A stretch of DNA of 64,000 nt from an uncultured Planctomycetia bacterium (GTDB lineage: Bacteria > Omnitrophota > Gorgyraeia > 1-14-0-20-64-10), in NCBI GenBank assembly GCA_964373805.1, contig CAYJWF010000004.1, positions 1,891 through 65,890 on the forward strand. The letters run 5' to 3'. A program made the translations under genes and the position numbers. Below the pieces are notes generated by a model, which saw only the letters and a list, made by a program, of their open reading frames with translations, did no database searches and had not been told where the DNA came from. Positions 32,956-41,992 of the stretch are shown piece by piece. The number at the start of each line of letters is the position of its first letter. The stretch's first letter is position 1.

Positions 32956-34417
32956 CTTCCTGTGTCTTGTCTGTCTTTAGATGAATCAGGATTCGCTGGG
33001 CGAGTACCGCAGAGATTCCTCGCACCTGGGTGAGATCCTCGGCAGTGGCCTTGCGGATCGCTTCCACCGAACCGAAGAGAACCAAGAGGTCCTGCCGCCG
33101 GCGGGGCCCCACCCCGGGAACATCATCGAGGGCTGAGCTCAGCGCGTGCTTGCCTCGGAGAAGCCGGTGATAGCCAATGGCGAACCGATGGGCCTCATCC
33201 CGGAGCCGTTGGATGAGCTGCAGCGCCTTCGACTGCGGCGGCAAAACGATCGGCTCCTCGTGGCCAGGCAGGAACAGCTGTTCGAACTCCTTGGCGATCC
33301 CCACAGCCGGCAGATCCAGTTTAAGCTCCCTGAACACCTCCAGGGCGGCGTTGAGATGCCCCTTGCTTCCGTCGATCACCACCAGGTCCGGCCTTTTTTC
33401 GGTACCAGGTACCTTTTTAAGAACGGTGCCTGGCACCGTGAGGGGTTCGTATCGCCGCCGGACGATCTCTTTCATCATGGCGTAATCGTCAATCCCGTGG
33501 ACGCCCCTGATTTTAAATCGACGGTACCCATCCTTGAAAGGGACTCCGTCGACAAAGGTCACCATCGACCCGACCGCCTGACGGCCGAAGAGGTTGGAGA
33601 CGTCAAACCCCTCGATGCGCTGGGGCAGCCGCGGCAACTTGAAGATCGATCGTAAGTCGTCCAAGGCCTCGGCCGGGATCAGCCGCCGGGGACGGACGGT
33701 CAGTTGAAGTAAGCCGGCCACCTGATCCCTGAACCTCGCCGCCTCCTCGTAGCGACGGGTCTGGGAGGCCTCGTTCATCTTCCCTTTAAGATCTTCGAGC
33801 ACCTCCTCCTTTTTGCCTTCCATCAATCGGAAAACCTGGGAGAGGTTTTCTCGATAAGCCGCTGGAGAGATCTTTCCTTCACAGGGCGCTGGGCAAAGCT
33901 TGAGATGATAATCGAGACAAGCCCGTTTCGGCAACGTCCGACAGGTTCTAAAAGGGATCACCCGTCGAATGGCGCCGACGGCTTGCCTGAGCAGTTTGGC
34001 GTTGGTGAAGGGGCCGATCGCCTTGATCCCAGACTCGTGGGTCCCCCGCCCAATGAAAAGCCGAGGAAACTCCTCCTCCACGGTGATCTTTAAGGAGGGA
34101 TACGACTTGTCGTCTCGAAAGGAAACGTTGTACTTAGGTTGATGCTCCTTGATGAGGCTCGCCTCGTAGAGAAGGGCCTCCGCCTCCGAGCCGGTCAAGA
34201 TCCACTCCAAATCGTTCGTCTGCTGAATCAGTCGGAGCAGCTTATCGGTGAGCGGCCGACTGGGTTGAAAGTAGCTTGAGACCCTCTTGCGCAGGGAAAC
34301 GGCCTTGCCAACGTACAGGATCTGGCCGTCAACGTCCTTGAAGAGATAGACCCCGGGGCGGTCGGGAAGCTCGCTTAACTTTTTCTGAAGCGCTGGGGGC
34401 ACCGCTCGGCCAGCCAT
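32918..34417 (-). CDS. uvrC: excinuclease ABC subunit C
   Basis: N-terminal GIY-YIG (GVYLFKD...YVGKA), UVR domain, RNase-H-like endonuclease domain and C-terminal HhH; carries a twin-hairpin insertion encoding TVPGTVLKKVPGTEKR. Confidence 0.85.
   Translation of the reverse strand: MAGRAVPPALQKKLSELPDRPGVYLFKDVDGQILYVGKAVSLRKRVSSYFQPSRPLTDKLLRLIQQTNDLEWILTGSEAEALLYEASLIKEHQPKYNVSFRDDKSYPSLKITVEEEFPRLFIGRGTHESGIKAIGPFTNAKLLRQAVGAIRRVIPFRTCRTLPKRACLDYHLKLCPAPCEGKISPAAYRENLSQVFRLMEGKKEEVLEDLKGKMNEASQTRRYEEAARFRDQVAGLLQLTVRPRRLIPAEALDDLRSIFKLPRLPQRIEGFDVSNLFGRQAVGSMVTFVDGVPFKDGYRRFKIRGVHGIDDYAMMKEIVRRRYEPLTVPGTVLKKVPGTEKRPDLVVIDGSKGHLNAALEVFRELKLDLPAVGIAKEFEQLFLPGHEEPIVLPPQSKALQLIQRLRDEAHRFAIGYHRLLRGKHALSSALDDVPGVGPRRRQDLLVLFGSVEAIRKATAEDLTQVRGISAVLAQRILIHLKTDKTQEGDKSEEDIRKVH
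33400..33442. repeat. P2 twin hairpins GGTACCAGGTACC + GGTGCCTGGCACC inside uvrC
   Basis: TTTTTTCGGTACCAGGTACCTTTTTAAGAACGGTGCCTGGCACCGTG; each hairpin reads VPGT in the uvrC frame (TVPGTVLKKVPGTEKR). Confidence 0.85.
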
Positions 34418-35991
34418 CCGACGACCTCACACGCTTCCTCTATCCTTACAAGAAGCCCAAGCCCCAAAAAGGTTCCCACCGCTGAGCCAATGGAAAGAAA
34501 CAGCCAACCCAGCCGCGCCCAATTCTCCAAAATGGGAACGCCGTAGATCCCTAAGGCCCAGCTTCCCCCAGCCACCGCCCCCATCCCTAAGGAGGCGAAG
34601 AAAACCTTGGACAACCAGCGGCCCAGTCCCTCTCCTAGAACGCCCACCTTCCGATGGACCGCTTGGGTGAGGTGAAGGCCGTTGATAAGAGAACTTATGG
34701 AGGTCGCTAACGCGAGGCCCGAAAGTCCCATGGGCCAGATCAGGATCCCATTCAACAGCACATTGAACACTAAAGCTACGCCTGCGGAGCGGACCGGCGT
34801 CCAGGTGTCGTGCAGGGCATACAGGGTATTGGCCAGCACCTTACCGGCGCAAAGCGAGGCCAATCCCAACGCGTAGTAACGGAGCGCCGAAACGGTCATG
34901 GCGCTCGCCTCCGAGAAGAAGGCCCCCCGTTCCAGCAAGGTGGTGATGATCGGACGCCCCAAAACGACGAGCCCCACACTGGAAGGAACGGCCACGAACA
35001 GACTCCATCGCAAGGCCAGAAGACAGGTGTGACGAATCGCCTTGAGATCCTGCGCCGCGGCCTGGGTGGAAAGGGTGGGCAACGCCGCCTGGGCCATGGA
35101 GATTCCAAACAGGGCGAGCGGCAGATGGAGAAAGCGATGGGCAAAGTAGAGGCTCGCCACTCCACCGGTCCCCACCAACCGAGGGAACGAAGCGAAGATC
35201 GTATCGACCAGTACCCCCATCTGATAGACGCCGCTGCCTACCATTCGGGGCACAAGCAGCCGACCGATCTGAAGAACGCCGGGATGCCGCTGCCACTTGA
35301 AATTCAAACGGATCCCCATCCGGCGAAGCGAGGGGTATTGGATCGCCAGTTGCAGCAGCCCTCCGGCGATCACGCCCCACGCTAACCCCAAGGCATCCTT
35401 TCTATAGGTAAGGATCCCGATGATCATACCGAGGTTCAGCAGAGCCGGTCCTAAGCTGGGCAACGCGAATCGTCCGGCGGAATTGAGCAGCCCCATGAAG
35501 AAGGCCGCCATCCCCACCAACCCCACGAAGGGAAACAGGATCCGGGTCAGCCGAACCGTGTGGTCAAACAGAACTGTATCCTGCCGGAAACCAGGGGCCA
35601 CCCCCTTCACGATCCACGGAGCGGCCACTAGGCCGACCACCAACAACGCGATGAAGGCCACCCCCTGTCGGACCCAGATCGCCTGAGCCAATCGGCCCCA
35701 AGAACTTTTCCCCTCCAGGGCGCGGGTTCGGCTGAAGACCGGGACCAAGGCGCTGTTGGCCGCCCCCTCGCCGGCTAAGTCCCGAAGGAGGTTTGGAATC
35801 CGGAAGGCTACCACGAAGGCCTGAGCGGTGGCTGAAGTCCCATAGGCGGCTGCCATCAGCAGGTCCCGTCCGAACCCTAAAATACGGCTTAACGCCGTGG
35901 CGATTCCCATCGCCCCAGCGGCCTTCAGCAGAGGGGGATAGGTTGACAGCAGGGGCTGCTTTGTGCTACGTTCGAGCGCCATGCCGAACAT
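34375..35991 (-). CDS. murJ: lipid II flippase MurJ
   Basis: LLKAAGAMGIATALSRILGFGRDLLMAAAYG...IPNLLRDLAGEGA signature. The 5' 55 codons of the tracked ORF are the reverse complement of rpsT and are excluded. Confidence 0.8.
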   Translation of the reverse strand: MFGMALERSTKQPLLSTYPPLLKAAGAMGIATALSRILGFGRDLLMAAAYGTSATAQAFVVAFRIPNLLRDLAGEGAANSALVPVFSRTRALEGKSSWGRLAQAIWVRQGVAFIALLVVGLVAAPWIVKGVAPGFRQDTVLFDHTVRLTRILFPFVGLVGMAAFFMGLLNSAGRFALPSLGPALLNLGMIIGILTYRKDALGLAWGVIAGGLLQLAIQYPSLRRMGIRLNFKWQRHPGVLQIGRLLVPRMVGSGVYQMGVLVDTIFASFPRLVGTGGVASLYFAHRFLHLPLALFGISMAQAALPTLSTQAAAQDLKAIRHTCLLALRWSLFVAVPSSVGLVVLGRPIITTLLERGAFFSEASAMTVSALRYYALGLASLCAGKVLANTLYALHDTWTPVRSAGVALVFNVLLNGILIWPMGLSGLALATSISSLINGLHLTQAVHRKVGVLGEGLGRWLSKVFFASLGMGAVAGGSWALGIYGVPILENWARLGWLFLSIGSAVGTFLGLGLLVRIEEACEVVGWLAERCPQRFRKS

Positions 35992-36256
35992 GCGTTCCGC
36001 CCTAAAACGGATGCGGGCCGACCAGAAACGTCGGGAGCGAAATTTGGACTTCGCCTCGGAGCTGAAGACGCTGACCAAAAAGTTTCGTGAGCATGTGAAA
36101 AGCGGCGGGGGCCCCCAAACGCAGGAGTTGTTTCGAACGCTGGTCAAACGCCTGGATCAGGCCGCCAGCAAGAAGATCATCCACCGCAACACCGCCTCTC
36201 GGAAACAGGGACGGCTGGCCCGCTCCCTACGGTCCGTTTCAACTTCCAAGACGTAG
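35981..36256 (+). CDS. rpsT: 30S ribosomal protein S20
   Basis: MPNMRSALKRMRADQKRRERN...IIHRNTASRKQGRLAR matches the S20 family. Confidence 0.8.
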   Translation: MPNMRSALKRMRADQKRRERNLDFASELKTLTKKFREHVKSGGGPQTQELFRTLVKRLDQAASKKIIHRNTASRKQGRLARSLRSVSTSKT

Positions 36257-37201
36257 AAGCTCTCGATCCGCTAACCACTCTGGAGCCGGGTGTCCTAACT
36301 TCAAATCGGCGTCGGCCTTCAACAGATCCTCTAAGGCTTGTTGGAGACGGGCCAAAGGCCACTCTTTAAGACGGCCCATCGCCGCCTGCCGGGAAACCGA
36401 GGTCCAGGATCCCATCGAGAAACCGGTTCGGGAGCGCCACACCATTCGGTAGTACCACCCTAAGGCTCCCATCATCTGTTCCACCGCCAGCCGTCCCTGC
36501 CCCAAGGCCTGCCGCAACAACGCCACGGCCAGCCCTGGCCGGCCAGCCGCCGCCTGATCGAGAATGTCAAAGGCGGTCTCTCGAACCGATGGCGCCATCA
36601 AGGCCTCCACCTCGGCCGCGGTGATCCGCGGGAACTGAGCGGCCAAGAGGCTTAAGGACTCCAGGGCATTGGCCAACAACACGAGCTCGTTTCCCAAACG
36701 GGTGATCAGGAGATCGACGGCCTCTGGATCGATCGATTTCCCTAAACGGGACGCCTGCTCCTTGACCCACCCTTTGAGCTCCGGTCCTTTAAGCGCTCGA
36801 CACAAGACGATCTGAAGCGAACCGTCTCGTCGATGTTCCGGAAATAAAAGATTCCAATCCTGTTCCCATCGCTTAAGACAGAGGGCGAGGCAACTCTTGG
36901 GATTCGGCCGTTTAAGATACTGAGCCAACCTCGCCTGGAGCTCAGGGGAAAGAAGGTCCAAGCCCTCGACCACCACCAGACGGCGCGCCGATCCTAGAGG
37001 ATAGATGGAAGCCGCTTCAAAGAGCTCCGCGAGCTCAGCCGGCGGTTCGGGGAAACGGACCCAGTCGACCTCTTCAAACCCTCGAGCGACGTTCTCCTCT
37101 TTAAGCCGACGGATCGCCTGGTCCTTGAGCCACGCCTCCGGACCCATCAGGAGAACTACGGCGGGCGCTTGCACGAGGGGCTCAACATTACCAGTCTTCA
37201 A
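36239..37201 (-). CDS. holA: DNA polymerase III delta subunit
   Basis: Delta-subunit length and helical clamp-loader pattern; conserved lptE-holA adjacency. Confidence 0.7.
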   Translation of the reverse strand: MKTGNVEPLVQAPAVVLLMGPEAWLKDQAIRRLKEENVARGFEEVDWVRFPEPPAELAELFEAASIYPLGSARRLVVVEGLDLLSPELQARLAQYLKRPNPKSCLALCLKRWEQDWNLLFPEHRRDGSLQIVLCRALKGPELKGWVKEQASRLGKSIDPEAVDLLITRLGNELVLLANALESLSLLAAQFPRITAAEVEALMAPSVRETAFDILDQAAAGRPGLAVALLRQALGQGRLAVEQMMGALGWYYRMVWRSRTGFSMGSWTSVSRQAAMGRLKEWPLARLQQALEDLLKADADLKLGHPAPEWLADRELLRLGS

Positions 37202-37736
37202 TGACTCGTTCCACGACCCGGCGGGAAAAGTCGGTGATCAGATCGTCCACCGCCGCCGTCTCACTCTTGGTCAAACTCCCGGAGAGAAAGTAGGTGGTAT
37301 CCCCGATGAAACTCGGCTCCTCCCACACCAAAGCCCCCTTCTTATCCCGAAGGGTGAGCGAAGCCACGAGGTTCAATCGATACTCCTCCACCGTGTTGTC
37401 GTCCGTCCGCCGGACCGGCTGCCGGGAGAAATCGATCAGCGCCCCCTCCAGGATCAGGTCCGCCTCCTCCCGTTTCGTGGTGACTCGAAGGTTCCCATCG
37501 AACAGGAATCGATCGATCAGGCCTCGCGTGGCCCGCTCTTCCAACCGGGGGAGGTTGGCCTGGTAGCTGTATCGTTCGGAGACCTCTTCGGTAAAGGGGA
37601 TCCGGTTCTCCAACGGCTCGATGTAGATTTGCCGGTAGCTGGCCGGAAGCAGCCGGGTCGTGGAGTAGCCGCACCCTGTTAAAAACAGAGGACAGAGGAC
37701 ACAGAACAGAAGACACAGAACAGCGAGGCGTCTCAT
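37188..37736 (-). CDS. lptE: LPS-assembly lipoprotein LptE
   Basis: Lipobox LTGCG, ~180 aa; position immediately upstream of holA as in proteobacteria. Confidence 0.6.
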   Translation of the reverse strand: MRRLAVLCLLFCVLCPLFLTGCGYSTTRLLPASYRQIYIEPLENRIPFTEEVSERYSYQANLPRLEERATRGLIDRFLFDGNLRVTTKREEADLILEGALIDFSRQPVRRTDDNTVEEYRLNLVASLTLRDKKGALVWEEPSFIGDTTYFLSGSLTKSETAAVDDLITDFSRRVVERVIEDW

Positions 37737-38698
37737 GGCTCGAGGGCGCCGGACTGCTCGAGCTCGGTCAGCTTAGCGAGCGCCTGTGGGGCTAAGGAGG
37801 AATCGGGATACCGCTCGACAATCTGTCGATAATAGACCGCGGCGCTGGCCCCCTTCCCCGATCTCTCGTAGAAATGGGCGACTTCCACTAACCCTTCCGC
37901 CTTAAACTCTCGAAGTTTCTTCAAGCTCTCCTTCGCCTCGGGGACCAGCTCGCTCTCGGGGTGACTTTTGATAAAGGTTTCAAACCAGTCGATCGCCTCA
38001 TCGGTGGCCGATTGATCGTAGCTGGGTTTCAAGGAAAGCTGGTAGGCGCAGAAGGCCACGTTGAACTTGGCCTCCTCACCCCAAGGGGAGCTGGGGTATT
38101 CGTCCACCACCTTCTGGAAGGCTCGGCTGGCTTCTTCGTAACGCTTCTGCCTTCGGTAACACTCCCCAAGGCGCAGCTGCGCCTTGGCTCCGTACTCTCC
38201 GTACGGGGCGTTTTTCACCACGTGGCTGTAGATCTCGATCGCCTTATCCAGCGCTGGGAAGGCGACCGGCACCGGATCGATCCACCTCAGGCGTTTCCCG
38301 GAGGCCAGCGTCTCCGCGATCAAGAACTCCCGCTCGATGGCCTCCTTGAATCGGGCCGAGAAGGGGTAGATCTCCACCAGTTTCTTGTAGGCGGCGTACG
38401 CCTCCGCCGTTTTATCGAGAAGCTCGTAGGAGACCCCGGCCAGGTATTGGGCCTCCGGCGCCACTTCCGACCGCGGGAAGGCGCGCACCAACCGCAAGAA
38501 CTCCTTGACGGCCCGGGCGTAGTTGCCCGACTCGAAGAAACCGATCGCCCAATCCATCTGCGCCCGAGGGGTGTCCTTGGCCGCGTACTTCGGGTTCACC
38601 CAGCGTTTGGTCTGCGGAGTCCAAATCCAGACGGCTTGCGCCTCCGAAACCCAGATTCCCATCCAAAGGATCGCGACCATTCCTACGGCTCTTTTCAT
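37733..38698 (-). CDS. bamD: outer membrane protein assembly factor BamD (TPR lipoprotein)
   Basis: Signal peptide plus TPR repeats (YLAGVSYELL..., LRLGECYRRQKRYEEA...) typical of BamD/YfiO. Confidence 0.7.
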   Translation of the reverse strand: MKRAVGMVAILWMGIWVSEAQAVWIWTPQTKRWVNPKYAAKDTPRAQMDWAIGFFESGNYARAVKEFLRLVRAFPRSEVAPEAQYLAGVSYELLDKTAEAYAAYKKLVEIYPFSARFKEAIEREFLIAETLASGKRLRWIDPVPVAFPALDKAIEIYSHVVKNAPYGEYGAKAQLRLGECYRRQKRYEEASRAFQKVVDEYPSSPWGEEAKFNVAFCAYQLSLKPSYDQSATDEAIDWFETFIKSHPESELVPEAKESLKKLREFKAEGLVEVAHFYERSGKGASAAVYYRQIVERYPDSSLAPQALAKLTELEQSGALEP

Positions 38699-38706
38699 CG
38701 GAAATT

Positions 38707-39084
38707 TTACGATACCACAGTTCCCCGTTCAACGAACTCGGCGATGGCACCCCGATCCTCCGGGTCTATCTCCAGGAACTGAATCCCGCACTCGTAAGCC
38801 TCGTTAAAAGGTTTCCGCCGCATCCAGACCACCCGCGCGATAATCCTAAGCGGTTTTAAATCCCTCGGCATGAAGAGGAGCAGCACCAGACGCGCCTCCT
38901 TCGGCAGAAAGTGCGGGGTGATCAAACGGACCCCCGAGGCGCTCAAGTCCTTGGAAAGGGACCCGGAGTACGACTCCTGGGGCTTCAAAACGTTTCGGAA
39001 TTGGACGGCGATCGAGGTCCTCAGGCGTGGAAGGCGACGCCGTTCCGCAAGAGGTTCAGACGTTTCGGAGATAGGTTCCACCAT
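38707..39084 (-). CDS. PilZ domain protein (c-di-GMP binding)
   Basis: RRxxxR (ERRRLPR) and D/NxSxxG (KDLSASGVRL) motifs. Confidence 0.65.
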   Translation of the reverse strand: MVEPISETSEPLAERRRLPRLRTSIAVQFRNVLKPQESYSGSLSKDLSASGVRLITPHFLPKEARLVLLLFMPRDLKPLRIIARVVWMRRKPFNEAYECGIQFLEIDPEDRGAIAEFVERGTVVS

Positions 39085-39097
39085 GCCGAGGACTATT

Positions 39098-40693
39098 TTA
39101 CCACTGAGAACTAGCGAAAGGCCACTGGGCCATCCAGAGAACGAGCTGAGTCAACCCATGCGCCAGCCCCGTAAAGCTGGCGACAAAAGGGGCGGCCAAC
39201 CCTGGATGGATCGCCCCTGCTCCTAACAACCCGATTCCGGTGGCCACCAAAAGCGAGGTCCACGGAACGATGAGGAGATTGGCCAACGGGGCAATGGAGG
39301 TCACCAGATGGAAGTGCCAAGCCACCCAAGGCACCACGGCGACCCAGGCCGCCACGGAAGTGGCCACGGCCTGGGCGATCCACCGCCAGAATCGCCCTTC
39401 GGTGTCCCGTTCGGTGTCAGACACCGAAGCAACTTTTATAAAGATGGTGCAGTGTCTGACACCGTCGGTCAGCAACCTCGCCAACCACGGCGCCAAAACG
39501 AGCAGACCCAGAACCGCCGAAAAGGAAAGCTGAAACCCTGGATCGGCCAACGCTCGAGGACCGACCGAGAGGATCCCCAGCGCCGCCAACCCCAGAAAGT
39601 TGATCTGCGGGTGTTCCCTTCCCCGCCACAAACTTAAGGAAAGCCCGATCCCGGTGATCGTAGCGCGAAGGATGGGGGGATCCGCTCCGGTGAGTAGGCC
39701 GTAGACGGCCAGGATCCCGATCACCATCCCAAAGCGGACAGCGCGCGGGATCCGCAGAATCGTCAATCCTATTCCGGCGATGAATCCGATGAGGCCCACC
39801 TGAAAGCCGCTCACCACCAACACGTGAATCGTCCCGGTCCGGCGAAAGGCTTCCCGCAACGAAGAAGGAATCTCTCCGGGGGTCCCTAGAAGAAGTTCTT
39901 CCAGGTAAGCGGCCTCGAGGGGACCCAGCAGGGAACGGCCAAGCTGTTGAAGCTGCCGCCGAAAGGCCGCCACCCATCGTCGATAACGCACCCAGGGTCC
40001 CCCCATCTGCCCAAGAGACGTCATGGAACTCGGATCCGATACCGTGAGAATTCCACACGCCTCGTTCAGCCAAAGCCAGCGGCGCTCATCCCCCCTCACC
40101 CTTTTCCCTCTCCCCTCAGAGGAGAGGGTGGGGGTAAGGGGCCCACGGATCTCTCCGTGGAGGCGCACCCGGTCCCCGTAAGCCAGCGCGACTCCATACG
40201 TTGGGAGCCGAACCAACACCTTGCCGGAGGCCGGAATCCAGCCGTCCCGCTGCCAAACCTCGGTCAAACGGAGCCACCCTTGCCGACGCGCCGGTCCGGA
40301 GGGAGGTTTGGTCCACTCCACATCGCTGGCCATCACTCCTTTGCAAGTAATGGGCCGCGGTGGCTCTGCTAGGTGACGGGCAATGGAATCGGTCGGCATT
40401 TGGGCATCCACGAAGGCCCGGAAAAATCCGAGGGCTCCGATGAGGAACAAGAGAGCCCCGTTCGCCATCACCGATCGATGCCGAATCCAGTAGTAAATTC
40501 CGGCAACAATTCCGACCCCACCCCCAATCGCCCAGACCGGCGGCTGGATCCACCAGGCCAACCCGATCCCACAGGAAAAAGCTGCGGCCACCGCCGCCAG
40601 GGGCGCCCGATGGGTCGGCTGGCCCCCCGCGTTTTGTTTCGTTGGCGAAGCAAAACGAAACTTGGGGGGCTGGGCAACTGGGGATGGATTCAT
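39098..40693 (-). CDS. comEC: competence protein ComEC/Rec2 (DUF4131 plus competence domain, no beta-lactamase domain)
   Basis: Multi-TM ComEC core; the tracked N-terminus is read through repeat R2 copy D, so the true start is probably further in. Confidence 0.7.
   Translation of the reverse strand: MNPSPVAQPPKFRFASPTKQNAGGQPTHRAPLAAVAAAFSCGIGLAWWIQPPVWAIGGGVGIVAGIYYWIRHRSVMANGALLFLIGALGFFRAFVDAQMPTDSIARHLAEPPRPITCKGVMASDVEWTKPPSGPARRQGWLRLTEVWQRDGWIPASGKVLVRLPTYGVALAYGDRVRLHGEIRGPLTPTLSSEGRGKRVRGDERRWLWLNEACGILTVSDPSSMTSLGQMGGPWVRYRRWVAAFRRQLQQLGRSLLGPLEAAYLEELLLGTPGEIPSSLREAFRRTGTIHVLVVSGFQVGLIGFIAGIGLTILRIPRAVRFGMVIGILAVYGLLTGADPPILRATITGIGLSLSLWRGREHPQINFLGLAALGILSVGPRALADPGFQLSFSAVLGLLVLAPWLARLLTDGVRHCTIFIKVASVSDTERDTEGRFWRWIAQAVATSVAAWVAVVPWVAWHFHLVTSIAPLANLLIVPWTSLLVATGIGLLGAGAIHPGLAAPFVASFTGLAHGLTQLVLWMAQWPFASSQW
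40612..40665. repeat. R2 hairpin repeat copy D at the comEC 5' end
   Basis: CCCCCCGCGTTTTGTTTCGTTGGCGAAGCAAAACGAAACTTGGGGGG. Confidence 0.7.
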
Positions 40694-40984
40694 CGGCTAT
40701 CTTGTGCCTCTCGGCTTTGGTGGAGTGGCCAACGACATAAGTTGCCCAGCCTCTCGGAGGGGGAAACCACTGCCTGGTTCCCGGCCGCCTCACCGTCTCG
40801 GCGGCGTCGCCAAGCGTGGGCTCGTTCTTCCTCGCCCGGCGACCCCCCTCCGGGCTCCCCTATCCGGCAAAGGCTATCGGTTTCATGGGGGAGAGTTTCC
40901 CACTCGGGGGGAAGTCCGTTTCCTTCCGCACGCCCATAGACCCCCTCTCTCCAGAGGAATCGACTGACCCCATTTGTCTTTGCC

Positions 40985-41374
40985 TCAATCAAAGCGGACC
41001 AGCCCCTTGAGCCTCGACAGCATCTTGGAGGTGATCCCTTTGACTCGCTTCAAATCGACCAAGGTCAGATACCGGCCGTGGCGCTTCCGATCCTCCACCA
41101 TCCGCCTCGCCAACACCGGACCGATTCCCGGTAAACCAACCAATTCGGCGGCGGTGGCGGAATTGACCCGAACCTGCAGCTGAACAAAGGGCCTCTGGGG
41201 GGCCGTCGGCAGCCCCAAACCCAGCAGGGCGAGACCGACAAGGCTCGCCCCACCGATAAACCCCAGGGCCATCCTCTCCTGCCGGGTGAAGATTCCCTCC
41301 AAGAATCGCCTCATATGGGATATTGGCAACATATCAAAAAATATTATAATAATGAAATATGGAACAATCAACAA
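40985..41374 (-). CDS. comEA: competence protein ComEA (helix-hairpin-helix DNA-binding)
   Basis: C-terminal HhH pair (AAELVGLPGIGPVLARRMV...GITSKMLSRL); real start probably the Met near 41314. Confidence 0.7.
   Translation of the reverse strand: MLIVPYFIIIIFFDMLPISHMRRFLEGIFTRQERMALGFIGGASLVGLALLGLGLPTAPQRPFVQLQVRVNSATAAELVGLPGIGPVLARRMVEDRKRHGRYLTLVDLKRVKGITSKMLSRLKGLVRFD
41323..41350 (+). promoter_or_regulatory. sigma70-like promoter (TTGGCA-N16-TATAAT) in the AT-rich comEA / phd-relE divergent region
   Basis: TTGGCAACATATCAAAAAATATTATAAT; ~100 nt upstream of the phd start. Confidence 0.45.
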
Positions 41375-41457
41375 AAACGTTCCTTGAAAAGCGGCCCAAA
41401 ACCTGCTAAGCTTATTTATGGCTATGAAAATAGCGCTGTTATAGGGAGGGTCTTGCT

Positions 41458-41727
41458 ATGAAGATGATCAACACGGTGGAACTTAAAAATCACACCAACG
41501 AGGTTCTTCGTCAGGTCCATCGGGGGCACCCCATCGCTGTCACCCGGCACGGGAAACCGTATGCGGCGGTTATCCCTTTAACGGAGGAAAGCCTTGAGGA
41601 TTTGATGTTTGAATACAGTCCCCGTCTACGCCATCTCATTGCGGAGGCGGAAGCAGATGTGAGAGCTGGACGACTCGTCCCATGGGAGAGTTTCCTCAAC
41701 CATGAGCGAAGGCGCAAGACCTCTTGA
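41458..41727 (+). CDS. Phd/YefM-family antitoxin
   Basis: 89 aa; HGKPYAAVIPLTEESLEDL Phd pattern; overlaps the downstream toxin gene. Confidence 0.75.
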   Translation: MKMINTVELKNHTNEVLRQVHRGHPIAVTRHGKPYAAVIPLTEESLEDLMFEYSPRLRHLIAEAEADVRAGRLVPWESFLNHERRRKTS

Positions 41728-41992
41728 GCTTCTTCTGACCCCCCACGCAGAGGCGGATCTCCTTCGCCTATCCACCGACCTGCGGCAAAGGTTAAAGGAA
41801 GACGTCCTGCGCCTCACTCAGGCCCCAATCCCATTTCGACAACTGAAGAAGCTCCGAAGCTTCAACCCTCCCATTTGGCAACTCACCTCAGGCCGTTTCC
41901 GGATTCTCTATCGTCGAGAAGAAGGGAGGCTGCTGATTCTCCGAGTGGTCGCTAAGCCGGACCAAAAAGATCTCTTCCGCTCTCTGCGCTAA
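41702..41992 (+). CDS. RelE/ParE-family toxin
   Basis: 96 aa; ...RFRILYRREEGRLLILRVVAKPDQKD... typical RelE/ParE C-terminus. Confidence 0.75.
   Translation: MSEGARPLELLLTPHAEADLLRLSTDLRQRLKEDVLRLTQAPIPFRQLKKLRSFNPPIWQLTSGRFRILYRREEGRLLILRVVAKPDQKDLFRSLR

Noticed and set aside
34810-35385. ORFs 34810..35385(+), 34841..35380(-), 34896..35165(-) within murJ
   Set aside because: Alternative frames of the murJ membrane protein gene.
35992-36147. N-terminal 55 codons of tracked ORF 34375..36147 (MurJ)
   Set aside because: This stretch is the reverse complement of rpsT coding sequence and precedes the conserved MurJ N-terminal motif.
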